Origin: a virus
IMG/VR virus record: IMGVR_UViG_3300045988_079530
Location: 1 to 47,459 of that record
Length of the DNA: 47,459 bases
Reading direction: 5' to 3' (one strand)
The translations under genes were made by a program, and so were the position numbers. This document shows, in pieces, positions 26,880-34,221 of this stretch (position 1 is the stretch's first letter; each line of letters begins with the position of its first letter). The notes below the pieces were generated by a model. It saw only the letters and a list, made by a program, of their open reading frames with translations, was not told where the DNA came from and made no database searches.

Positions 26880-26910
26880 CAAAGATACTACTTTTTTCAT
26901 AAAAAAGAAA
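26880..26910 (-). promoter_or_regulatory. Promoter-like element (TTTC-N19-TATCTTTG)
   Basis: Minus-strand read, in the gap after the stop of 26923..27630. Confidence 0.4.
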
Positions 26911-26922
26911 TTAAAAGAAATA

Positions 26923-27630
26923 TTATTCAATTCCCTTCAATATGTTTGTAGCATTTTTGACTTTTAGCACATTTTCCTCGCTCTCGTTAGCAATTAAAGA
27001 GACTACAGGATATTTGCTTTTCTGTCCCGGTTTTTGGCTCTTTGAATATTGAACCGTAAGATCAAAAACGATTCCTTTACAGAATCCCTTTCTTTCTAAG
27101 AACGCATCAAATACCCCTCTTATATTAGGGATAGTGCTAGCTGTTCCCTTAGTTTTAAACTGCCATATACCAGCAATTCCCTGCACACATGGCACGATAA
27201 AATTAAGAGTAAGTATAATTTGCCAGCCTTCCCCTGTTCTGTTATATAGTTTATTGGGGTATCTAGTCTCTATATTATGCATCAATTTTGGATATTGTTT
27301 AGTACTCAGTTCTTGATACTCCTTTCCATTCCACACATTGAATGTCTCTCCGTCTCCAGTAGCTATCAAACGTCCATCATCATCACGATATTCGTATCTT
27401 TCGCAACATACTTTAGCAGGATCATCATCCGGAAATACTATCTGTATAGTCTGAGGCTTATCGCCGTATGCTTTAGTAAACAATGATGAATACTTACCAA
27501 CAGGAATAAAGTAGTCTACGCTCTGAGGAAGTCCCTTTTCATTTTTATATCCAATTTTCAAAAAGCCAACTCTAGGTAATACTAGACGATCCATATCTGA
27601 TGCTGGCTTTCCTAATATTCTTCCTTTCAT
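26923..27630 (-). CDS. Hypothetical protein, candidate recombination partner of the exonuclease (position only)
   Basis: 235 aa. Its ATG overlaps the exonuclease stop by 4 nt. I recognise no family. Confidence 0.45.
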   Translation of the reverse strand: MKGRILGKPASDMDRLVLPRVGFLKIGYKNEKGLPQSVDYFIPVGKYSSLFTKAYGDKPQTIQIVFPDDDPAKVCCERYEYRDDDGRLIATGDGETFNVWNGKEYQELSTKQYPKLMHNIETRYPNKLYNRTGEGWQIILTLNFIVPCVQGIAGIWQFKTKGTASTIPNIRGVFDAFLERKGFCKGIVFDLTVQYSKSQKPGQKSKYPVVSLIANESEENVLKVKNATNILKGIE

Positions 27631-28943
27631 AAGTCCATATTATTAAGTAAATCATTTATTTCGTCTTTCTTCTTGTTTTTAGACGTTTTCAGCCCCTCTG
27701 ACTGATTTTCTTTTTTATTTGTATCATCCTTACACTGGGAATTATTTTCTTCGTCTGAGGGCTTAATTTCATCGTCTTTAGGCTTTTCTTTCGATATATT
27801 TACCCCTAAAGCCTTTTCAGCTTCCTTAATTTCTTCTTCTGTAATACCTTCTTCCGGGGTTTTTTCCTTCTTTGTCTTATACTTCTTGACTACATCTGAT
27901 AGATTAAGCTCTGTTATATTATTTTCTAGACTTGGCTTATCGAGATCTATTATACCATTGCAGAAGGTCATTGTATTATCTCTCTTTTCGTCTTCTATAC
28001 GAGCCAGCTCTACTAGGTAAGGTAATTTTTGAGCATTCTTACTATCGGTCTGATCCTTGAAATTGTAAGTAGGTGTAGTTCCCCTCCAGTCTTTAGGAGA
28101 CCAGTTAAAGACACGATCAACAGGGTGTGCAGGGAAATGAATATTCCACATAGTCTTATAAGCATGAAGCTGGACTTCGTGTTCCGGGAAAAATCCCTTT
28201 CTTCCGGACTTAAAATCAATAATACCCCTAATTCTGATCTGACGTTTGGTTTCTTTGGGTTTTCCAGCATTAGCGCCAGTCTTATATACTTCCCCAAAGA
28301 ATCCTTTTTCCTCTATAGTTAATTCTGCTGCTAGATCTATAGCTCCAGCGTACCCGTCATTTGGATTTGTAAGAACCAGCTCTATTGCCAGCGGCTTTAA
28401 GTTGGTATCTTTCATAAATTGAGCAAAAGCCAGTATATCCTTCTTTAGATCATCTGCATAACCAATAAAATCAGATGGGAGCTGCTCGCTTTCGATATAT
28501 AGCTTTAAACGATCCTTTAACTTATCTAGGTTATAAGATCTAGCTATTAGAAGCTCTGCTATTTGCGCATGCATGAATGTTCCGTAAGCAGCCCTTTCAG
28601 CGGTATAACGCTGACTTTCTTCGTAACCCATATCCGCAATCCATTTTAGCAAACTGGGAGAAGTAGGTAACGTCTGTTTGATCAGAGTAGTTACACTGAC
28701 GTAAAAACGAGGCTCCCCGTCTTCTTCGAACGTGTAGTAGTATCTGTGTCCGCTGCTGTCTAGACGATAAACAGGTTCGGGCTGTTCCTGTAGTGCATCC
28801 TCGTTAAAGAACTCTGCCTGTATCTTTTCAGAAGTCATTCCCGGTGCAATCTCAAATGCTCCATTACTTTCTGCACCTTCTATTATTTCCATACCATTAA
28901 TTACTTCCTTAGTAATATCCTTACCCTCTGTTAATTCTTTCAT
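27627..28943 (-). CDS. RecB-family PD-(D/E)XK exonuclease (Cas4/AddB-nuclease-like) with a K/E-rich C-terminal tail
   Basis: YGTFMHAQIAE, GAIDLAAE, GIIDFKSGRKG, and QLHAYKTMW (the QxxxY motif). Confidence 0.75.
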   Translation of the reverse strand: MKELTEGKDITKEVINGMEIIEGAESNGAFEIAPGMTSEKIQAEFFNEDALQEQPEPVYRLDSSGHRYYYTFEEDGEPRFYVSVTTLIKQTLPTSPSLLKWIADMGYEESQRYTAERAAYGTFMHAQIAELLIARSYNLDKLKDRLKLYIESEQLPSDFIGYADDLKKDILAFAQFMKDTNLKPLAIELVLTNPNDGYAGAIDLAAELTIEEKGFFGEVYKTGANAGKPKETKRQIRIRGIIDFKSGRKGFFPEHEVQLHAYKTMWNIHFPAHPVDRVFNWSPKDWRGTTPTYNFKDQTDSKNAQKLPYLVELARIEDEKRDNTMTFCNGIIDLDKPSLENNITELNLSDVVKKYKTKKEKTPEEGITEEEIKEAEKALGVNISKEKPKDDEIKPSDEENNSQCKDDTNKKENQSEGLKTSKNKKKDEINDLLNNMDL

Positions 28944-29089
28944 AATACTTTTGATTTTGAATGTTTTATAATATATAAGCTAGTTAAAATAAACGCTGTA
29001 AAATACAGCCAAAATTGGAACTTGAGACCTTCTGCTGTATTAATCAGCATTAATATGGAAAAAATCCATATAGAAACTATTGTTTTCAT
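28940..29089 (-). CDS. Small two-helix membrane protein (49 aa)
   Basis: MKTIVSIWIFSILMLINTAEGLKFQFWLYFTAFILTSLYIIKHSKSKVL. ATGA start/stop overlaps at both ends argue for translational coupling. It is below the ORF-track cutoff. Confidence 0.5.
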   Translation of the reverse strand: MKTIVSIWIFSILMLINTAEGLKFQFWLYFTAFILTSLYIIKHSKSKVL

Positions 29090-29328
29090 TTTTTCGCCTC
29101 CTTAATACCTAGCAAGAAATCAGAGCTGCATCCTGTCTCCTTGCAAATTATTACGATCCACTCCGGATTTACCTTCTTAGTAGCCCCCTTACACAAATTA
29201 GCCATATTAACCTTTTGCGTGTCCGGGCTGCTGTTAGGCCAAATCTTTGCAGCTAGATCTTTTTTCAATACTTCTTTCCCATTCTTTTTAGAAAGCTCGA
29301 TAGCTTCATTTACTTTTAATTGTGACAT
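29086..29328 (-). CDS. XRE/Cro-like helix-turn-helix protein
   Basis: 80 aa with LKKDLAAKIWPNSSPDTQKVNMANLCKG...ICKETGCSSDFLLG. It is the first gene after a terminator/promoter pair. Confidence 0.55.
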   Translation of the reverse strand: MSQLKVNEAIELSKKNGKEVLKKDLAAKIWPNSSPDTQKVNMANLCKGATKKVNPEWIVIICKETGCSSDFLLGIKEAKK

Positions 29329-29351
29329 AACATTTATTTTTTTGTTCGATA

Positions 29352-29382
29352 CAAAGTTAAAGAATTATTTTAATAAAAGAAA
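29352..29382 (-). promoter_or_regulatory. Promoter-like element (TTTC-N19-TAACTTTG)
   Basis: Minus-strand read. It overlaps the U-tract of the upstream terminator. Confidence 0.4.
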
Positions 29383-29416
29383 GCCCGGGACTTTTTTTTA
29401 TAAAAGAACCGGGCTT
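29371..29416 (-). terminator. Rho-independent terminator
   Basis: 8-bp stem AAGCCCGG/CCGGGCTT plus an inner A/T stem, then UCUUUUAUU on the minus strand. Confidence 0.7.
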
Positions 29417-29494
29417 ATCTTAACAGAGGGGTAGGAATATTAACGACACAAAGATATGTATTTTATCGTTAATATCAAACCCATCTTATTATTT

Positions 29495-30607
29495 TTAGTG
29501 CTTTACCCGGTTCATAAGATCCCCTGCTATTTCTTGGAGATCTCTTTGCCTTCTAGGTTCTAGTTCTCTACTATGGGCCGTAATTCCTTGAACCAATTTC
29601 CAAAGAGTACTTTCCCCGGTGACACCATCATCCGGCTTATTTGCCATAAGGATTTTTTCTACCCCTTTTGCTTCATCCTTAGTCAGCTTTCCTTTTTGCA
29701 AGCTCTTTAGCTCCTTTTCCATGTCTACTTCCATAGAACTTGCTCCTTGGATCTCTAAGGCTCTTTGGGTAATACTTTCCTTGCTGAATATCCCTTTAGT
29801 AAGATCCTTAATTGCGCTTGCCTGTGTCTTCGTATCAAGTTCATAAGTTCGCTGGCTTAACTTTATATTGTCCGGCAAACGTCCTCCTAAATGAACTTGC
29901 CTCATTACACTTTGTCTGCACATTCCATTAAGACAAACACCCTGCATCAGAAATGCTCTTAGCTCTAAAGCTCCGTCTCCATAGTCACTTGTAGAAAGCC
30001 TAGCACCGAAAGCCATTTCTACGATCCCGTTTTTCTCTGTTGGTATTGCTATCGTCTCCGGCATTAATACCTCCAAATAAATTCGGGTTGCATCCATAAA
30101 TCCATCTGCAAGCTGGCCACCCATTTTATTGGCCGTTTCAAGAAAGCTCATAATTATAGTCTCGCTATTAAGTCTTCTATAACTATCTGACAGGACACCA
30201 CGAACTTCATTTCCTACGGTACGAACCAGCGTTCTAGTTCTATTAGTCCATGTACTATGTTCGTTAAGTATAGTGGAAGCTAAATTCCTTTGCCAATCAT
30301 TACCGCTTGCCAGTTCTCTTAGATACTTAGATGGGATATTGAATTTATCTCCTAGCTGGCCAATAGCATTGTCGTGGATTTTATAAACTCCATCATCCCC
30401 AAGTTTCATTTCAACAGAATCAGATGCGTTAAACAGAACCTCCGATTTTCTAGTATTATTAGCACCTAGATAAGCTATAAAATCGTTTGCTACCTTACCT
30501 TCTTCAATAAGTTTCGCTACAGCTTGTTGTGCGTTCATACTACCAGTCTGAATACGTCTTGCGATTCTCTCTCTGATCACATTGTTTAAGCCTTCTTGTA
30601 ATTCCAT
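29495..30607 (-). CDS. DUF932-like phage/plasmid protein (tentative)
   Basis: The true start is MELQEGLNN at 30607; the ORF-track start at 30673 lies inside the conserved leader. VRGVLSDSYRRLNSE, STSDYGDGAL and QGVCLNGMC resemble DUF932 blocks as I remember them. Confidence 0.4.
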   Translation of the reverse strand: MELQEGLNNVIRERIARRIQTGSMNAQQAVAKLIEEGKVANDFIAYLGANNTRKSEVLFNASDSVEMKLGDDGVYKIHDNAIGQLGDKFNIPSKYLRELASGNDWQRNLASTILNEHSTWTNRTRTLVRTVGNEVRGVLSDSYRRLNSETIIMSFLETANKMGGQLADGFMDATRIYLEVLMPETIAIPTEKNGIVEMAFGARLSTSDYGDGALELRAFLMQGVCLNGMCRQSVMRQVHLGGRLPDNIKLSQRTYELDTKTQASAIKDLTKGIFSKESITQRALEIQGASSMEVDMEKELKSLQKGKLTKDEAKGVEKILMANKPDDGVTGESTLWKLVQGITAHSRELEPRRQRDLQEIAGDLMNRVKH

Positions 30608-30624
30608 AATTTTAAGTTTTAATT

Positions 30625-30703
30625 TTCTAGGTATCTGCCTAGTCAGTTTAGGGGTTATCCCTTTTGATGTCACAAAGGTAAATAATTGTTTTAATTGAGC
30701 AAA
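30625..30703 (-). promoter_or_regulatory. Early promoter B (TTTG-N19-TACCTTTG) plus the conserved two-hairpin leader
   Basis: This is the third copy of the ~60-bp core shared with 23621-23682 and 31679-31741. Confidence 0.6.
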
Positions 30704-30705
30704 AT

Positions 30706-31101
30706 TTATCTAGATAATAATTCGTCAATCTGTTTTTTAATTTCTAAAGCCAGCTCTAGGCCATTCTCCTTAAAGGTCTGTGTCTCGCTACATACATTAT
30801 CTTTGTATGTTATGCAAGTAAATGTTCCATCCAGCTTGCATACATTAAGTCTCGGCCTTCCATAATACATATCTATTTTTATCGAGGGCTGCATTTTATT
30901 TTTATCCCTTTCTTCCTCAAAGATAGGATATATATACCTGCACCGATTAATTGTTACAGGATCTTTAGACATAAGTCCTACATACCGATTTCCCCAAAAG
31001 GAATCGTTTCTTGCATCTAGGACATCTTTACTTACTTCGATGTAACCATACTTTTTAGCTTCTCTTTCTGCTACTATCAGCATTGCTTCATTTACCGTCA
31101 T
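30706..31101 (-). CDS. Hypothetical early protein (131 aa)
   Basis: ORF with no motif. Confidence 0.6.
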   Translation of the reverse strand: MTVNEAMLIVAEREAKKYGYIEVSKDVLDARNDSFWGNRYVGLMSKDPVTINRCRYIYPIFEEERDKNKMQPSIKIDMYYGRPRLNVCKLDGTFTCITYKDNVCSETQTFKENGLELALEIKKQIDELLSR

Positions 31102-31139
31102 AATTATTTGTTTTATTCCGGGGATCTCTCCCCGTATAG

Positions 31140-31373
31140 TTAATACTTAAATGGTTTTATTTCTTTATTTTTCATATAAGAATGAAATGCCTCTTTACTA
31201 CAAGCATAAGTTTCCGATAGGATTAACCCGTTTTGATATATTATTGTTTTATTTCCTACATAGGAATCTGTTTGGTATCTTTTACCTGCTTCCTCAAAAC
31301 CTGTGATATAAATAATATATTTAATTCCGCAAATTTTGTAAGTAAACCACTTGTTTATATATTGCTTTCTCAT
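31140..31373 (-). CDS. Hypothetical early protein (77 aa)
   Basis: ORF with no motif. Confidence 0.5.
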   Translation of the reverse strand: MRKQYINKWFTYKICGIKYIIYITGFEEAGKRYQTDSYVGNKTIIYQNGLILSETYACSKEAFHSYMKNKEIKPFKY

Positions 31374-31411
31374 AATTAATAGTACCGGGTAACCGCCCGG
31401 TCGGGTTTTAG

Positions 31412-31666
31412 TTATTTTGAATAGAAAGAAATTTTCAGTCCTCTTCTCAGTTTACAGATCAGCTTATCCATTCCTTTATCGAACGCTTTCGCAATAAACT
31501 TGTTAGCCAGCTCTATTCCTATAGCTTTGATCAATCCAGCAACACCTACCAGCGTATTTATCTTCTTTCCGTTTTCATCAACTCCGGAGATCTTGATGCG
31601 GAAGTTTAAGTTAATCATTCTAGTAGAAAAATTCAAACCTGTGTAAATAGTTGCGTTCATAATCAT
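31412..31666 (-). CDS. Hypothetical early protein (84 aa), first gene after promoter C
   Basis: ORF. The start could be at 31666 or 31660. Confidence 0.55.
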   Translation of the reverse strand: MIMNATIYTGLNFSTRMINLNFRIKISGVDENGKKINTLVGVAGLIKAIGIELANKFIAKAFDKGMDKLICKLRRGLKISFYSK

Positions 31667-31678
31667 TATTATTAATTA

Positions 31679-31900
31679 GTTCTAGGTATCTGCCTAGTCA
31701 GTTTGGAGGTTATCTCCTTTCTTTGATGTCACAAAGGTAAATCAATTTTTTAATTCCACAAAATTTTTGGGACCTTTTTTTACGTCTTATCTGATAAAAA
31801 ATAATTTTAATCGAATTTTCGTTTTAAGCCATCATTTCTTACGGGATATATAATTTATATATTGATAGAAAATAATCGCTAAGAAAGCCTTATTTTAGCT
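31679..31900. repeat. ~220-bp non-coding repeat, copy C (homologous to 23621-23838)
   Basis: Hand alignment; see copy A. Confidence 0.85.
31732..31762 (-). promoter_or_regulatory. Early promoter C (TTTG-N19-TACCTTTG)
   Basis: Minus-strand read. Confidence 0.6.
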
Positions 31901-31940
31901 CAAACAAAAATCCGGGCTTTACATCACTGCAAAACCCGGA
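31901..31940 (-). terminator. Rho-independent terminator after the lysis cassette
   Basis: TCCGGG/CCCGGA stem with an 18-nt loop, then UUUUUGUUUG on the minus strand. Confidence 0.55.
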
Positions 31941-31967
31941 CAAAAAATTGAACTTATTAAAACTAAC

Positions 31968-32594
31968 CTATTTAATTATTATGCTTTCCACAAAAACGCT
32001 ATCAGTATAAGGATTCTTGGAGACTACATCTGTTTTTATCTCCTTTACTCCATACTTCCACAAAAAACCCAAGAATCGTTTAGGGACTACATGATTAATA
32101 ACAATAATGCTTTCCCGGGTTTTTAGGTCGTATAATAGACTATCTTTTTCCAAGTATATATTAATTGAATGCCATTCGTCAGAGAAACTAGCGGTTTTAA
32201 TCGTATCTATTATTATACTATCAGATCCCTTTTCTTTCAATATCCTTATACTATCTCTAAGAGCTGTAGTGTTCTTATAATAGCTTTCTGTTTTAGCCGT
32301 TATTATGCCATCCAGCCTTTTATTATCTACTTTTAAGGATTCGATTATTTTAGCGTCCTCTGATCTGTATTTTTTATACTGATCCAGCGTAAGATTAAGC
32401 TGTCCAACGGTAGCGGCCTGTAAACTATCTTTTGTTTTATAGCTTTCTACAGATAGTAATAAGGTAGATACATTCTTTCTCTGAATATCCCTTTCCTCCT
32501 TTACCGAGCTTAGTCGGTTAGAAAGAAAAGCAATAATTCCCAGCAAGCAGGCTATTATTGCTATTGCTATTAATACAACTTTTTTCGTTATCAT
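31968..32594 (-). CDS. N-terminally membrane-anchored coiled-coil protein (i-spanin-like, putative)
   Basis: KKVVLIAIAIIACLLGIIAFL is a likely anchor. The gene is last in the holin-amidase cassette and overlaps the amidase stop by 4 nt. Confidence 0.4.
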   Translation of the reverse strand: MITKKVVLIAIAIIACLLGIIAFLSNRLSSVKEERDIQRKNVSTLLLSVESYKTKDSLQAATVGQLNLTLDQYKKYRSEDAKIIESLKVDNKRLDGIITAKTESYYKNTTALRDSIRILKEKGSDSIIIDTIKTASFSDEWHSINIYLEKDSLLYDLKTRESIIVINHVVPKRFLGFLWKYGVKEIKTDVVSKNPYTDSVFVESIIIK

Positions 32595-33178
32595 ACTCTC
32601 AGCATATTAAGAATAGCTTTGTAATGGGCCTCCGCTATTTTTTGCCGGAAATCATTATCCAGCATCTTATAACAATCCTTTTCGTTATCCATGAAGAAAT
32701 TTTCCGTCAGAACAGCAGGACATTTAGTGTGCTTGATAACGTAAAAATCTTCTTCTTTATCCGGATCTCCGTCTGTATAATCGAAACGCATTTTTTCATC
32801 CGGGAAATCAGATTCAAACTGCTTACACAACAGATCAGCATATTCATCGGCTTTTGTGATTCCTCTAGTAGTATAGCATTCCCATCCTGTGCCACCTCCA
32901 GCATTTCCATGAATGCTAATCAATATGCAGTTATCTTTTCCATATTTGTCGCAAAGGATATTAGCTCTTCGACATCTTTCAGACAAAGATACGTCTTCGT
33001 CTTCCGGTACTAATATATAGGATTCTATTTTAACGGCATCTAGCAGTTCTTTCAACCGGTCAGCCAAGTCTCTGTTATACTCCCATTCGAAAAGCTGAAC
33101 ATTTCCATCCCAAACCGGGCTACATTTCCCGGCTGTATTAAATCCGTGACCATTGTCGATAATAATCAATTTTCTCAT
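32591..33178 (-). CDS. N-acetylmuramoyl-L-alanine amidase endolysin (Amidase_3 type)
   Basis: IIIDNGHG, FEWEYN, ILISIHGNAGGG, and VLTENFFMDN (zinc and catalytic positions). Confidence 0.85.
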   Translation of the reverse strand: MRKLIIIDNGHGFNTAGKCSPVWDGNVQLFEWEYNRDLADRLKELLDAVKIESYILVPEDEDVSLSERCRRANILCDKYGKDNCILISIHGNAGGGTGWECYTTRGITKADEYADLLCKQFESDFPDEKMRFDYTDGDPDKEEDFYVIKHTKCPAVLTENFFMDNEKDCYKMLDNDFRQKIAEAHYKAILNMLRV

Positions 33179-33179
33179 A

Positions 33180-33671
33180 TTATTCTTTTTTTGATAGTTC
33201 CTTAGTTATTTGCTCTAAGATCTCTTGTCCCTTTTTCGTAGTAGTACATTGTACTATTTTCTTCACTATCTCCGGGACATCTGCTGCATGGCTCTTCTTT
33301 CTCCGGCTATTCTCAATAACAGAGGATGCTTCTATGGCAATAACAGCTATGCTTCCTAGCAATGTAGCAAACGGCAGCTTGTAAAACGCGAATAAACTTC
33401 CTATCAAATCAAACAATAAGGCGAAAATTAAAACCCTATAATAGTCACTTATTTTAGTGAAGGTTCTTCTGTAGCCTTTACTATCTATCGGCTCTCCTAT
33501 TGCTTTTGCCGTGTTCCTGCCACTACAGAAGTCCACTATATTAGCAACGAAGATAAAAGTCCAGCACAGCAATACTATGGCCATTCTAACTATTAAATAG
33601 TTCATGATTGCTTCCATATCCTGTTTTTCTATTAACTCCCACATATTATTAAAGCCTAACTGGTTAAACAT
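33180..33671 (-). CDS. Holin (phage_holin_4_1/TcdE-like, putative)
   Basis: Three hydrophobic helices and IEASSVIENSRR, the SxxEN-type motif. It lies immediately upstream of the amidase. Confidence 0.6.
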   Translation of the reverse strand: MFNQLGFNNMWELIEKQDMEAIMNYLIVRMAIVLLCWTFIFVANIVDFCSGRNTAKAIGEPIDSKGYRRTFTKISDYYRVLIFALLFDLIGSLFAFYKLPFATLLGSIAVIAIEASSVIENSRRKKSHAADVPEIVKKIVQCTTTKKGQEILEQITKELSKKE

Positions 33672-33684
33672 ATACTCTACTTCG

Positions 33685-33715
33685 CAAAGATATTGTTTTT
33701 TTTTCGCAAAGCAAA
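33685..33715 (-). promoter_or_regulatory. Bacteroidota-type promoter (TTTG-N19-TATCTTTG) ahead of the lysis cassette
   Basis: Minus-strand read in the 76-bp gap. Confidence 0.5.
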
Positions 33716-33747
33716 AGAAATATTATATAACCTGTTAGGCTCTTTAA

Positions 33748-34218
33748 TCAATACTTTTCCCAGCTAACTTTAATATCCATACCCATTACATCAGCTAGCC
33801 ATCTGTTGAAGATCTTACCCGCATAACCATCCGGATCAGCTGCATCGGCATAAGCCTGCTTAACGCAATCTACTTCGGTTTTTAATGATATTCCGTAATA
33901 GTCAGCATAGGCCATATTAGCAGCGTAAGTAATATCTCCCCAAGTTACCTTTTCGGGCTTGGTTAAGTTTAGCTTTTCAAAAGCTCCTATTACATCATCT
34001 ACAGACCAGCTGTGATTTGCTTCTCCGTGGGAATTATTTTTCATCAGCTTGCTAGCCCATACTGCCAGCTTATCAGAAAAATGCTCTCCGTACTTCTTCT
34101 TATACTTATCGTATTCCGGATCATCCCAAAATTCCTTTTCTTCCTTTCCTTCTTCATCTTCCTGTTTATTGTAAGACTTATCTTCATGTCTTACAATTAT
34201 ATATTTTAATCTTTTCAT
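33748..34218 (-). CDS. Hypothetical protein (156 aa)
   Basis: ORF with an acidic N-terminus. Confidence 0.6.
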   Translation of the reverse strand: MKRLKYIIVRHEDKSYNKQEDEEGKEEKEFWDDPEYDKYKKKYGEHFSDKLAVWASKLMKNNSHGEANHSWSVDDVIGAFEKLNLTKPEKVTWGDITYAANMAYADYYGISLKTEVDCVKQAYADAADPDGYAGKIFNRWLADVMGMDIKVSWEKY

Positions 34219-34221
34219 AAT

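Noticed and set aside
28013-28297. Minus-strand ORFs nested in another frame inside the exonuclease gene (28013-28297) and the amidase gene (32707-32910).
   Set aside because: They are embedded entirely within genes with clear catalytic motifs, have no start context, and show odd composition. I treated them as frame shadows. 32707-32910 was also checked as an embedded o-spanin, but it has no lipobox (L-x-x-C) or signal sequence.
29086-29328. A lysogeny module (repressor/Cro switch, integrase, excisionase).
   Set aside because: There is only a single small Cro/XRE-like HTH. I saw no integrase or recombinase, no divergent repressor gene and no attP-like feature, so I do not call the phage temperate.
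30608-30673. N-terminal extensions in the ORF track (starts at 30673, 26845, 36856, 14699, 9078, 3590, 20309, 19320 and 38833).
   Set aside because: The extensions run through conserved leaders, terminator hairpins or better-supported small ORFs, and internal Met codons give tidy junctions with the upstream genes. I reported the trimmed coordinates instead.
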